Below, piece by piece: positions 1 to 11,659 of a DNA stretch of 49,637 bases (position 1 is the stretch's first letter; every line of letters begins with the position of its first letter). Under the pieces are notes generated by a model. The model was given only the letters and a program-made list of their open reading frames with translations. It had not been told where the DNA came from and ran no database searches. Source of the stretch: Nemertoderma westbladi (Eukaryota > Animalia > Xenacoelomorpha); the NCBI GenBank assembly GCA_032718475.1, contig JAUCBJ010002329.1:1-49637 (forward strand), in the 5' to 3' direction. Both the position numbers and the translations under genes were made by a program.

Positions 1-2262
1 CAGTCAGCCAGCCAGTCAGCCAGTCAGTCAGTCAACAATTCTTACAGTAATCAAGTCTAACGACTTGCTAACTAGAGACGGCGTCAAGACGCCGTTAAGC
101 AAGTCGGAAGTCATCAATCAAATATAAATTCCCTCAACAATGTTTACCTATGGTCAGAATGGAAGGGCTATTTACCTATGGTCAGAGAGAGATCCCACTC
201 TGTAATTTGGCAATTGCTCAAATTCATTCAGTTGAATGGCACAGTAGAGTGAACTAAACTAAATTCCCTCAACAATGTTTGGCTATGGTCTGAAAGAACT
301 AACAGTCATTCAGCTTGCACAATGTCAATCACCTACAGTATAAAACATTTAGAATGCCACAGTGTGTATCCTGATACAGATAATAAGCAGTGATATATAT
401 ATTTCAAACTATAATGTTAGTGTTAGCCTTACACAGTATCAGTATGAGGCTGAGTAAACATTCCACCTTATAAGCATACTGCCTCCACAGAATTAATGTT
501 GGCCGAAAGATTTAAAAATAAAACAATTATTATTATAAATACAGTGCAATCCAATAGTACCCAACACACTGTGTAACTAACAGTCAATCAGCTTACACGT
601 CAATTAACATAGAAGAGAGAGTAACCTTGTAGATCGCCATAGAAAGCATTGGGAAGAGTTATTCAGCTGAGGCTGTAATAGCCGGCTAACCCAGTGAATG
701 ATTATAAAGTTGGCACTGTATGTACTTCCTTGTTAGGTGGCTCCCTATAGAATAGCAAACCAACCAGTTGATGTTTGTTTGCAGAGAGTGGTTGGTAGGG
801 CCTAAACAAACAGTATGGGTGTACTAAGTACAATAATCTTGGCAACCTCATCGATTTATACTAAGCCTTGTGTAGAAATGCATTACATAAGCCATTTTTC
901 ATCAGGACACCAGCTGTCATGGGTGTTATTTTACCATTGCGCCTATGGCGTTTTTTTCGTTTATCTCTATTTTTCGAGCCCAGAGGCTATGGACGGAGTA
1001 GCCGATCATGCCAGGGACCTTAGAATCGCGGTATCTAGATGCTGTGAAAATTTCATCAAAATCGTTAGAGTAGTTTTGGCTGTAGATCAGCCAGCTCAGT
1101 CCAGCCAGTCAGCCAGTCAGTCAGCAACAATTCTTACAGTAATCAAGTCTAACGACTTGCTAACTAGAGACGGCGTCAAGACGCCGTTAAGCAAGTCGGA
1201 AGTCATCAATCAAATATAAATTCCCTCAACAATGTTTACCTATGGTCAGAATGGAAGGGCTATTTACCTATGGTCAGAGAGAGATCCCACTCTGTAATTT
1301 GGCAATTGCTCAAATTCATTCAGTTGAATGGCACAGTAGAGTGAACTAAACTAAATTCCCTCAACAATGTTTGGCTATGGTCTGAAAGAACTAACAGTCA
1401 TTCAGCTTGCACAATGTCAATCACCTACAGTATAAAACATTTAGAATGCCACAGTGTGTATCCTGATACAGATAATAAGCAGTGATATATATATTTCAAA
1501 CTATAATGTTAGTGTTAGCCTTACACAGTATCAGTATGAGGCTGAGTAAACATTCCACCTTATAAGCATACTGCCTCCACAGAATTAATGTTGGCCGAAA
1601 GATTTAAAAATAAAACAATTATTATTATAAATACAGTGCAATCCAATAGTACCCAACACACTGTGTAACTAACAGTCAATCAGCTTACACGTCAATTAAC
1701 ATAGAAGAGAGAGTAACCTTGTAGATCGCCATAGAAAGCATTGGGAAGAGTTATTCAGCTGAGGCTGTAATAGCCGGCTAACCCAGTGAATGATTATAAA
1801 GTTGGCACTGTATGTACTTCCTTGTTAGGTGGCTCCCTATAGAATAGCAAACCAACCAGTTGATGTTTGTTTGCACAGAGTGGTTGGTAGGGCCTAAACA
1901 AACAGTATGGGTGTACTAAGTATAATACTCTTGGCAACCTCATCGATTTATTACTAAGCCTTGTGTAGAATTGCATTACATAAGCCATTTTTCATCAGGA
2001 CACCAGCTGTCATGGGTGTTATTTTACCATTGCGCCTATGGCGTTTTTTTCGTTTATCTCTATTTTTCGAGCCCAGAGGCTATGGACGGAGTAGCCGATC
2101 ATGCCAGGGACCTTAGAATCGCGGTATCTAGATGCTGTGAAAATTTCATCAAAATCGTTAGAGTAGTTTTGGCTGTAGATCAGCCAGCCAGCCAGTCAGT
2201 CAGTCAGCCAGCCAGCCAGTCAGTCAACAATTCTTACAGTAATCAAGTCTAACGACTTGCTA
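1..2262 (-). mobile_element. Head-to-tail tandem array of a ~1.1-kb non-autonomous Helentron/HINE-like rolling-circle element (units 71-1162 and 1163-2262, a further unit cut by the window edge)
   Basis: Near-identical units at offsets of 1092 and 1100. On the minus strand each unit starts TAGCAAGTCG, has a (GACT/GGCT)n microsatellite near the 5' end, and ends with the inverted copy CGACTTGCT, a hairpin ACGGCGTC-TT-GACGCCGT (plus 78-95) and CTAGT. The outer junction is T|T with no TSD. This matches the known DINE-1/HINE layout. Confidence 0.75.
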
Positions 2263-2609
2263 ATTATGCATTGTACTTACGTGGGAAATTTCAAATCCAA
2301 AGTTATAGCAAACTCAATTAATTCGAATTAAAAAAAACTTCTGAAATATTTTACAACATGATGTATGCAACGCGTTTGTGATATTGAGAGGTGTTCATCC
2401 TTTATATAGTAACAATTTTAGGGGGTGTGTCCGTATTAAATAGATGTAATCGTTGAACTTTAGGGGGCGTATCCGTATTGAATATATACAACGGTCTCAT
2501 TGTGCCAAATATTCATCCAGATTATTAGCTGTCCAATCAATGGACAGCCAATAACATGTAATATACAACATGTGTACAAGTAATACAGTTTCGGTAGGTG
2601 CTAAAATGC

Positions 2610-3307
2610 ACAACGAGAAACAATGAGCAACAATGAGCAACAACGAGCAATAATGAGCAACAACGAGCAACAACGAGCGACAATGACCAACAACGAGCAA
2701 CAATGAGCAACAATTAGAAACAACGAGCAACAATTAGAAACAACGAGCAACAACGAGCAACAATGAGCAACAATGAGCAACACCGAGCAATAATGAGCAC
2801 CAACGAGCAACAATGAGAAACAACAAGCAACAATGACCAACAACGAGCAACAATGAGCAACAATTAGAAACAACGAGCAACAATGAGCAACAATTAGAAA
2901 CAACGAGCAACAATGAGCAACAATTAGAAACAACGAGCAACAATGAGCAACAATGAGAAACAACGAGCAATAATGAGCAACAACGAGCAACAATGAGCAA
3001 CAATGAGCAACAATTAGAAACAACGAGCAACAATGAGCAACAATTAGAAACAACGAGCAACAATGAGCAACAACGAGCAATAATGAGCAACAACGAGCAA
3101 CAATGAGCAACAACGAGCGATAATGAGCAACAACTAGCAACAATGACCAACAACGAGCAACAATGAGCAAAAATTAGAAACACCGAGCAACAATGAGCAA
3201 CAATTAGAAACAACGAGCAACAATGAGCAACAATGAGCAACAGCGAGCAATAATGAGCACCAACGAGCAACAACGAGCAACAATGACCAACAACGAGCAA
3301 CAATGAG
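2610..3307 (+). repeat. 10-bp minisatellite (CAACAAYGAG)n, left arm
   Basis: Directly visible periodicity; it produces the spurious Leu/Val/Cys ORFs. Confidence 0.95.
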
Positions 3308-3744
3308 TTATCAAGCAAGCTAAACACTACTGGCTAAGAAAGTGGGTATATATATATAAAATATATATTGCCAGCTTTTCGGCCTGGTGTTCCATTTTTT
3401 TCGAAATAATCCCGAATTCTCTGGGTTGGGAATTTATTTATCAAACATATATAAAGGACCCCCTTGGAAATAAGCTGCAAAGCTTTAGGGGTAATCCTAT
3501 ATGTTATGTTGGACAATACCTTTATACCGGTACATTGTTTGGTGTATTTGTTATTGTTTTTACATAATGTATAAATAAATCTATCTATCTATATATTCGG
3601 GATAATACTGTATAAGTATAATGAATGTATCTGTGTAATCTGTATAGTGGTGAACTCTAGTTACTTTATTATATTTACTGTTATTGTAGTAACTGCCACT
3701 TATTGTAGTTGCTGTTTATCACTGTTTATTATTTTTGCTAGTTG

Positions 3745-6133
3745 TGCTTATTGTTCGTAATTGTTGCTCGTTATTGTACTTTATTATTGCTCGTTGTTGT
3801 TCATTGTTTCTCATCGTTGCTCGTTATGTTGCTCATTACAGCTCGTTGTTGTTCGTTGTTGCTCATTGTAGTCTGTTGTTGATCATTGTTGCACGTTGTT
3901 GCTCATTGTTGCTCGTTATTGTACTTTAGTATTGCTCATTATTGCTCGTTATTGCACTTTATTATTGCTCATTGTTGCTCGTTGTTGCTCATTGTTGTCC
4001 GTTGTTGCTCATTGTTGCTCGTTGGTGCTCGTTGTTGTTCATTGTTGCTCGTTGTTGTACTTTATTATTGCTCGTTGTTGCTCATTGTTGGTCGTTGTTG
4101 CTCGTTGTTGTAATTTATTATTGCTCGTTGTTGCTCATTGCTGCTCATTGTTGCTCGTTGTTGTACTTTAGTATTGCTCGTTGTTGCTCATTGTTGGTCA
4201 TTATTGCTCGTTGTTGTACTTTATTATTGCTCGTTGTTTTTCATTGTGCTCGTTGTTGCTCATTGTTGCGCGTTGTTGCTAATTGTTGCTCATTGTTGTC
4301 TGTTGTTGCTCATTGTTGCTCGTTGTTGTTAATTGTTGCTCGTTATTGTACTTTATTATTGCTCGTTGTTGCTCATTGTTGGTCGTTGTTGATCATTTGT
4401 TGGTCTTTGTGGCTCGTTGTTGTACTTTATTATTTCTCGTTGTTTCTCATTGTGCTCGTTGTTGCTCATTGGTGCTCATTATTGCTCGTTGTTGCTCATT
4501 GTTGCTCATTGTTGTCCGTGGTTGCTCATTGTTTCTCGCTGTTGCTAATTGTTGCTCGTTATTGTACTTTATTATTACTCGTTGTTTCTAATTGTTGCAC
4601 GTTGTTGCTCGATGTTGCTCATTATTGCTCGTTGTTGTTCATTGTTGCTCGTTGTTTCTAATTGTTGCTCGTTATTGCTCATTGTTGCTCATTGTTGTCC
4701 GTTGTTGATCATTGTTGCTCGTTGTTGCTAATTGTTGCTCGTTTTTGTACTTTATTATTACTCGTTGTTGCTCGTTGTTGCTAATTGTTGCTCGTTTTTG
4801 TACTTTATTATTACTCGTTGTTGCTAATTGTTGCTCGTTGTTTCTCATTGTGCTCGTTGTTGCTAATTGTTGCTCGTTGTTGCTCATTGTTGTCCGTTGT
4901 TGCTCGTTGTTGCTAATTGTTGCTCGTTATTGCACTTTATTATTGCTCGTTGTTGCTCATTGTTGCTCGTTGTTGCTCGTTGTTGCACATTGTTGCTCAT
5001 TATTGCTCATTGTTGCTCATTGTTGTCCGTGGTTGCTCATTGTTGTCCGTGGTTGCTCATTGTTGCTCGTTGTTGCTCATTATTGTTCGTTGTTGCTCAT
5101 TGTTGCCCGTTGTTTCTAATTGTTGATCATTGTTGCGCATGTTGTCCGTTGTTGCTCATTGTTGCTAATTGTTGCACGTTTTTGTACTTTATTATTACTC
5201 GTTGTTGCTAATTGTTGCTCGTTGTTGCTCATTGTTGCTCGTTGTTGCTCATTGGTGCTCGTTGTTGCTCATTGTTGCTCGTTGTTGCTAATTGTTGCTC
5301 TTTATGGTACTTTATTATTGCTCGTTGTTGCTCATTGTTGCTCGTTGTTGCTCATTGGTGCTCGTTGTTGCTCATTGTTGCTCTTTATGGTACTTTATTA
5401 TTGCTCGTTGTTGCTCATTGTTGTCCGTTGTTGCTCATTGTTGCTCGTTGTTGTACTTTATTATTGGTCGTTGTTGCTCATTGTTGCTCGTCTATGCTCA
5501 TTGGTGCTCATTATTGTCCCTTGTTGCTCATTGTTGCTCGTTGTTGCTCATTGTTGCTCTTTGTAGCTCATTGTTGCTCATTGTTGCCCGTTGTTGATCA
5601 TTGTTGCTCATTGTTGATCATCGTTGCTCATTGTTGGTCATCGTTGCTCATTATTGCTGGTTGTTGCTCATTTTTTCGCATTGTTGCTCGTTATTGTACT
5701 TTATTATTACTCGTTGTTGCTCGTTGTTTCTCGTTGTTGCTCATTCTTGCTCGTTGTTGCTCATTGTTGTTCGTTGTTGTACTTTATTATTGCTCGATGT
5801 TGCTCGGTGTTGTACTTTATTATTGCTCGTTGGTGCTCATTGTTGATCCTTGTTGTTCATTGTTGCTCGTTGTTGTTCATTGTTGCTCGTTGTTGGTCAT
5901 CGTTGCTCATTGTTGTTCGTTGTTGTACTTTATTATTGCTCGATGTTGCTCGGTGTTGTACTTTATTATTGCTCGTTGGTGCTCATTGTTGCTCCTTGTT
6001 GTTCATTGTTGCTCGTTGTTGGTCATCGTTGCTCATTGTTGCTCGTTGTTGTACTTGATTATTGCTCATTGTTGCTCGTTGTTTCTCGTTGTTGTTCGTT
6101 TTTGCTCATTGTTGGTCATTGTTGCTCGTTGTG
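3745..6133 (-). repeat. 10-bp minisatellite (CTCRTTGTTG)n, right arm, with interspersed TGTACTTTATTA variant units
   Basis: Directly visible; reverse complement of the 2610-3307 array. Confidence 0.95.
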
Positions 6134-6607
6134 CTTTTTAGCACCTACCGTTTCTGTTTCGGGTCTAGGCCTACAACAACTACATGCATATGTATCATAT
6201 AAATTAAGTAAGGAATATGCGTTGTCAGGAAACTAGATAGTTAGCAGTCTTAGGTGTTAGCCAAAGTGAAGGTGATATTTTTTACCGGCAGTGCGGTACC
6301 ATCTTCATGAAATAATATAGGTTTCTTCTATGTTGGGTGTATGCTCTTAAATTAATCATCCTATGGATCAATTTAAATGTATTGTTCAATATTATTAGTC
6401 AAAGAGTCATAATATTTGATATAGTATTATTTAAACTAAACAATGTTTTTTTTTACAAATGTAGGTAAACTTTGTAATCTTGTGTCGCATTGTCCAAGTG
6501 GATAGAGCGCCTGAACCGCTTTCTCAATAGTTTTAGGCGGGAATGGCGACGCAAATTCAAATCTGACTATAAGGTAGAAACTTCGGATTGTTGTGTCCAT
6601 AAGCAAT

Positions 6608-7053
6608 AAATAAACATTCAGGGGACCTTCGCGCAGCACAAGACTCGGCTAACCCGAGAAAGCTGTATCCGAGTACTCAAAATTTGGTCTACTACATCGT
6701 TAGCTTGTCTCTACCAGTTCTATTTAAGCAATGATCGTAGGTCACTACTCCAACTTTCAGATGAATATGATTGGTTCTATATTACAGCTAAGTTTTTTAC
6801 GTTTCTGTCAATTCACCCCTAGCGGCAGAAAGAGGAACTGTAGAAGTCTGTACTTGTTTAGAATTTCTAATTCAGCAATGCTCATAGGTCACTCCTACCA
6901 AATTTCAGATGAATCTGATTGCTGATATTTCATCAAAGATTGACCGACTTATTAGCTTTCAAACATTTCCGACAACAACGCCGACGACGACGGACGGTTC
7001 ACAAATTGTACCGCTATGCTAAGGCTCACCTGGACTTCGTGGCTCGCCCCACA
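6608..7053 (+). mobile_element. Short, diverged relative of the 11660-13224 element family
   Basis: Shares the 5' motif GGGGACCTTCGCGCAGCAC, the internal ATTTCATCAAAGATTG and the 3' end CTAAGGCTCAC...ACTTCGTGGCTCGCCCCACA with 11660-13224. No TSD is recognisable. Confidence 0.65.
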
Positions 7054-7240
7054 CTTTAGACATTAGTGCGCACGCAAACCCAGTGGTACAGTACTGTCAA
7101 CCAACGCTCTAACATTTCCTTTAACATTCACTTTATATCACTCGATTTACTTTACCTCACTCGCTTTACCCGCCTTTAATCGATTTCTCTCTCTCTCTCC
7201 CTGTCTCTCTCTCACTCTCTCTCTCTCTCTCACTCTGTGT

Positions 7241-7515
7241 TAATTACTTCACTTTCTTACTAACTCCGATCGCAAGTTGTTAGTGCTAGTACTTGACCTC
7301 ACCCTCTCAATTACTTTCACTTTCTTACTAACTCCACACGTGAGTTGATTGTGGTAGTACTTGACCTCACCCTCTCAATTACTTTCACTTTCTTACTAAC
7401 TCCACACGTGAGTTGATTGTGGTAGTACTTGACCTCACCCTCTCAATTACTTTCACTTTCTTACTAACTCCACCCACACGTGAGTTGATTGTGCTAGTAC
7501 GTGACACCCTGCCCT
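7241..7515 (+). repeat. ~68-bp tandem repeat, about 4 copies, next to a (CT)n tract at ~7185-7237
   Basis: AATTACTTTCACTTTCTTACTAACTCCACACGTGAGTTG... recurs at a 68-bp offset. Confidence 0.85.
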
Positions 7516-7793
7516 CTCTTATTTTCGCCTCGGTTATGTATTTATCGTTTTGTCCCAAAATTGTAATACTCACTTCGTCTCCAAATTATGTCATTGTTGT
7601 CACCGGTATTTTAATCAAAAGGTACGCATGTTTGCATATTTGTACACACACATATCGAAAAACTAGACTTTCATTCCCGTAGATTGACCAGTCTATCTAT
7701 AGCAGAAACTAACAAAATTCCTTGACTTGGTGCGGCACCCTCAATATAATCTGACCATTTAAATTATCAAAATACGTACTACACACCCATCCA

Positions 7794-8055
7794 TCTTACT
7801 AACATAATCATTCGTACAGTACGTGGACTCGGGTTACAGCGGGATTCCACATTTCATTCATATAATAAACCCCCCAAGTCTTGTCTTACTAACATGATCA
7901 TTTTGTACAGTACGTGGACTCGGGTTGCAGCGAGATTCCACTTATCATTCACTTAACAAGCCCCCCCTCAGTCCCACTAACATTATCAAGTACTGTAAGT
8001 GGCCCCAGGTTAAAGCGGGCTGCCACATGTTCACTCATGTAACCACCCCCCTCTC
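7794..8055 (+). repeat. ~90-bp diverged tandem repeat, about 3 copies
   Basis: TCTTACTAACAT...GTACAGTACGTGGACTCGGGTT occurs at 7794 and 7884, with a more diverged third copy at ~7975. Confidence 0.7.
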
Positions 8056-9089
8056 GATATATACTGACATTATATTATATAATCATTAATAATAACCCTT
8101 CACAACGCCCATCAACCTCAAACAGAATTATTGAATCTCTGCACATTCATTGGTCGAATCTACTAATTTGTTAGCCCTAGTATGCCCGTCATGTTGTGTT
8201 ACATCAATGCAAACCTCATGTTTTAGGCCTGACCCCCTCCATTCAGCATCTTGACCTCCTGTTATCACCTCGCGATGTAATAATTTACCTTTATATACTT
8301 CATTCTGGGCAATTTCGTCAGTCTTCCTATTTTCTCCACCGGTTGTCACAAATTGTTTTTTACCGCTCGCTCGCTTCCGCGTCCGCTCGTTCGTTCGCTC
8401 GCTCCCCGTCCGCTCGTTTGCTCGCCTTTTCATTCGTCCCATTTCATTTACTTTGATAACACTTTATTTCTGCTGATATTTGTAACCACATACACTCGAA
8501 GTAAATGTTTCATTCATTTCCCCTCCCCTTATTTTATCAACATTTTTACTACGTTATCGAAATATATTATGTTATTTATTAGTGCTTTTATTGTCCTCAT
8601 TTCATTATCATAACTGCCCGTGATTTGTAAATACAAAACGATTGAATGCGAGCGCGTTAATAAAGAAACTCAATTTTGCAACCGAAACCTCCCTTGAGTG
8701 TCCCAATGATAGACACTTTCAGTAAAAAACAATTTCTTTTCCACCGGCATCTTAGTTCTGTAGTTTTAGTGCTTAGGGCGTTTTCAAACTGTTGTAGCCT
8801 AGTGCCTAGCAGCCTAGGGTTTTGACAGTGGACCTATTACAGTATTAGTGTAACTGGGCCTATATATATTATAACAATCAAGTTATTCATATATTACTAG
8901 GATATTACATTCTTATACTGTATATACTACATACATACAAATCTGTTTAGTAACTAACGTAAAACTCGCAAATATTAATTTCACAAGAATGTCAAGCGCT
9001 AAAATGAATGTAAGTTATTATTCAACAAAACCATTAATTCGTTTACTTTAAGAAAAATACCTATAGAAATAAACTATAAAGAATTTAAT

Positions 9090-9190
9090 AAACCATTTAC
9101 TTTATATATAAACCATTTACTTTATATATTACTTTATTTATAAACCATTTACTTTATATATAAACCATTTACTTTATATATTACTATATT
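9090..9190 (+). repeat. AAACCATTTACTTTATATAT tandem repeat
   Basis: About 4 copies visible. Confidence 0.8.
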
Positions 9191-9401
9191 TATATACCAT
9201 ATACATAATAATATATTTATAAAAATATGAATCGCATGACTTTCTTGTAAGTATTGGAACCGCCATCTCCGGAATGTGTCAAGACGGCGGCCTTTGGGAT
9301 CATTTTTAAACAATTCATAAATCGAAAAAAATAAAAAATACCAGTCCGGTGTCATACTGCAGGCACATCTGCAAATATCAAAAATCTTATCCGGTTAAAT
9401 A

Positions 9402-9555
9402 AAGTTCGCCAAAAATAGTTCGCCAAAAATAGTTCGTCAAAAATAGTTCGCCAAAAATAGTTCGCCAGAAATAGTTTCTCAAAAATAGTTCGCCTGAAAT
9501 AGTTTCTCAAAAATAGTTCGCCAGAAATAGTACGCCAAAAATAGTTCGCCAAAAA
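9402..9555 (+). repeat. 14-bp tandem repeat (CAAAAATAGTTCGC)n
   Basis: About 11 degenerate copies visible. Confidence 0.85.
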
Positions 9556-9979
9556 ATAATAAGTGGCCATCAAAGAGTTATTCAAGAGTTGTTGGGCCGA
9601 TTACATGTAATATTAACTAATAATTATATGAACAAACTCCACCAAAACAATAAATGGGTTAATATTCCAATAGCTGATATATCGATATTATAGAGCAGAA
9701 AATAATATTAATAATAATAAAATAAAGCAAATTAAATGTGCGTAAATATATACCAATAAATAATAATGTAACATTCAAAATAATAATATTAATAATTATT
9801 AACACGGTAAATATTATACCCGTGGAAATAAAGTAGGTAGGTAGTGACGTTAAAGATAAATAATGTGGGTGAGTACAATATTTCTATAAAAATTGTGGTT
9901 ATTTTGTTTTTAACCATTTACGAAGAATCGGTTATCCGTAATTAAAAGACCATTCCTGTAGTGTATTGTGTAGAGCAGT

Positions 9980-10090
9980 CTGGTGTAAGGATTGGGAATA
10001 CGCCCCCCCCCCCCCCCCCCTGTTCCTACTGGTGTAAGGATTGGGAATACACCCCCCTACTGGTGTAAGGATTGGGAATACGGGAATACG
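9980..10090. repeat. Three copies of TGGTGTAAGGATTGGGAATAC separated by C-runs, downstream of the bZIP stop codon
   Basis: Copies at 9980, 10030 and 10061. Confidence 0.8.
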
Positions 10091-10166
10091 GGCCCCTGGA
10101 AAGGAATTATTTAATATTAATAATTTCCGATTCTCTACTATAAACTAACTAAATGAACACAAATCT

Positions 10167-11282
10167 CTACGACATTTTAATATTTACAACAGTAACCCCG
10201 GCAACCCCAACCTGACGTATCAACTCTTTCAGACTGCTAACGAGTCCTTCCAGCTGAGTGACCTCGGCTCTCAGCGACTCGTTGCGCTCTTCCACTTGCT
10301 CCAACCCTCTCGCCGCTTCCTCCTCCTCCTTCCTGCGTCGTTCTCTGTATCGCAACGCCGCGGATCGGTTCTGCTCTCGCTTCCGCTCCTTTGCATCCGG
10401 ACGCCGACCGCGTCTCCCCTTGGCTACCGTCGCCTTCCCCCCACCGGCACCTCCGTCTACAATCTTCTCGACGCCGCCAACATTCACACCGACCACTATA
10501 TCGCCGCTGCCCATCACCTCCCAGAACTCTCTCGCAAAGAAACCCCCGTCTGCCACTAACGTAGTCTCGCCATCATTCGCATTACCCTGGATTACTTCCA
10601 TCCAATCAGCACTCGGGGCCATGTTGCTAGGGGTTACAACGCCGAAGTAAGCCGACATATCGATAGACTCTGTGTCGGCCGAACCAATAAGCGACGCGAC
10701 GTCTATAGATCCGAGTTCTTGGGGGGTCAGAGAGGGACACAGGGACTCGATGTCAGAGTCGTCGGAAGTAGGGGGGGATGGGAGGGCGGGGTAGCTCGGG
10801 TTGCTAGGAGACGGCGGGACGGGGTAGCTGCGGTTGCTAGGAGACGGCGGGACGGGGTAGCTGGGGTTCGGGTAGGGGTTGTAAAGTAATGTGTGGTGGT
10901 TGTTGGGCGAGGTGTATGCGTTGCTAACGGCGCCGTTTTGGGTATCCCTCAGGTAGGATTCGGTGCAATTATCGTTGCCAGAGAAACCGTTGTTAAGCAG
11001 GTCGTCAAGGATGTCGCAGGGGCCGTGGTAATTTCGATTAAGTCCGACGTCCAATTCTGACGTCGGAGGGGTTTCGGACAACTGGGGGAAGAGAAGAAGG
11101 TCACCGTCACCAATACCGAGGACGTCCAAAGGGACAGATAGGTCCCCCGGCTCCTCTTTGAAGCAGCCTCCCATGTGGGAAGCAAACACTGAATTCTGGA
11201 ACATTGTAATCGCCTTGGAGAATATAATGCTGATAATGCGAAGGATATACGGAAGTATCGTTGGGAAGGTAGTAGATGCCAT
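10167..11282 (-). CDS. ATF4: ATF4/ATF5-family bZIP transcription factor, uninterrupted ORF (first in-frame ATG 11282; alternative ATG 11204)
   Basis: C-terminal basic region KREQNRSAALRYRERRRKEEE plus zipper LEQVEERNESLRAEVTQLEGLVSSLKELIRQV resembles the ATF4 pattern KxEQNKxAAxRYRQKKR...LKDLI. The N-terminal region is acidic and Pro/Ser-rich, SDDSDIES resembles the DSGxxS degron, and ATF4-like uORFs lie upstream. The ORF-track start at 11369 is a TTG. Confidence 0.8.
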   Translation of the reverse strand: MASTTFPTILPYILRIISIIFSKAITMFQNSVFASHMGGCFKEEPGDLSVPLDVLGIGDGDLLLFPQLSETPPTSELDVGLNRNYHGPCDILDDLLNNGFSGNDNCTESYLRDTQNGAVSNAYTSPNNHHTLLYNPYPNPSYPVPPSPSNRSYPVPPSPSNPSYPALPSPPTSDDSDIESLCPSLTPQELGSIDVASLIGSADTESIDMSAYFGVVTPSNMAPSADWMEVIQGNANDGETTLVADGGFFAREFWEVMGSGDIVVGVNVGGVEKIVDGGAGGGKATVAKGRRGRRPDAKERKREQNRSAALRYRERRRKEEEEAARGLEQVEERNESLRAEVTQLEGLVSSLKELIRQVGVAGVTVVNIKMS

Positions 11283-11313
11283 AATGGCAAACGAAGTGAG
11301 ATAGTTCACCCAT
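11107..11313 (-). promoter_or_regulatory. Overlapping out-of-frame upstream ORF (uORF2-like, 68 aa)
   Basis: ATG in strong context (tcaacATGg) upstream of both candidate main starts; its stop lies inside the main ORF in a different frame, as for the inhibitory uORF2 of ATF4. Confidence 0.65.
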
Positions 11314-11359
11314 GTTGATAAGGATCCTGCCGATTGGATCGGCGAAAGTTTGGCGACTA

Positions 11360-11395
11360 TCAATGACAAATCATCATCTTCGAAACGAAGAGCAT
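11360..11395 (-). promoter_or_regulatory. Short upstream ORF (uORF1-like, MLFVSKMMICH*)
   Basis: Minus strand reads ATG CTC TTC GTT TCG AAG ATG ATG ATT TGT CAT TGA and ends 46 nt before the uORF2 ATG. Whether it is in the mature mRNA is unknown. Confidence 0.45.
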
Positions 11396-11659
11396 CAACG
11401 TATAATCAATAATAAAGGTACCAACCGGTAGTGCGTAGCGGTAGCCGATCGGACTAAAAACCTAGTTCAGGTTTGTTCTGTTCTGTACGGTAGTTCTGTA
11501 TAGTTGACTTTTAATTTTAAATATACTGAATACTGATATAAGCCAATTTCTGTATTTCCAAATCTGCAATATCTGAATATGTACTGATGTATGTCTACCG
11601 GTAAAGAAAGATTATCTCCTATCTGGTGCTCAGATCATGGCTTTTCCAGTTAACATTAA

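Larger units (their letters stand above)
2592..6150. mobile_element. Foldback-type element with inverted arms built from degenerate 10-bp repeats
   Basis: Termini CGGTAGGTGCTAAAATGCACAACGAG (2592) and CTCGTTGTGCTTTTTAGCACCTACCG (6150) are reverse complements. The left arm is (CAACAATGAG/CAACAACGAG)n, the right arm is its reverse complement, and an AT-rich spacer lies at ~3310-3740. Confidence 0.7.

Noticed and set aside
815-2252. ORFs of 134 and 93 aa in the tandem units
   Set aside because: The 5' part is not preserved between the two copies, the ORFs run through the microsatellite and unit junction, and no motifs are recognisable.
2497-6236. Many Leu/Val/Cys-rich ORFs
   Set aside because: They are translations of the 10-bp minisatellite, open in several frames at once.
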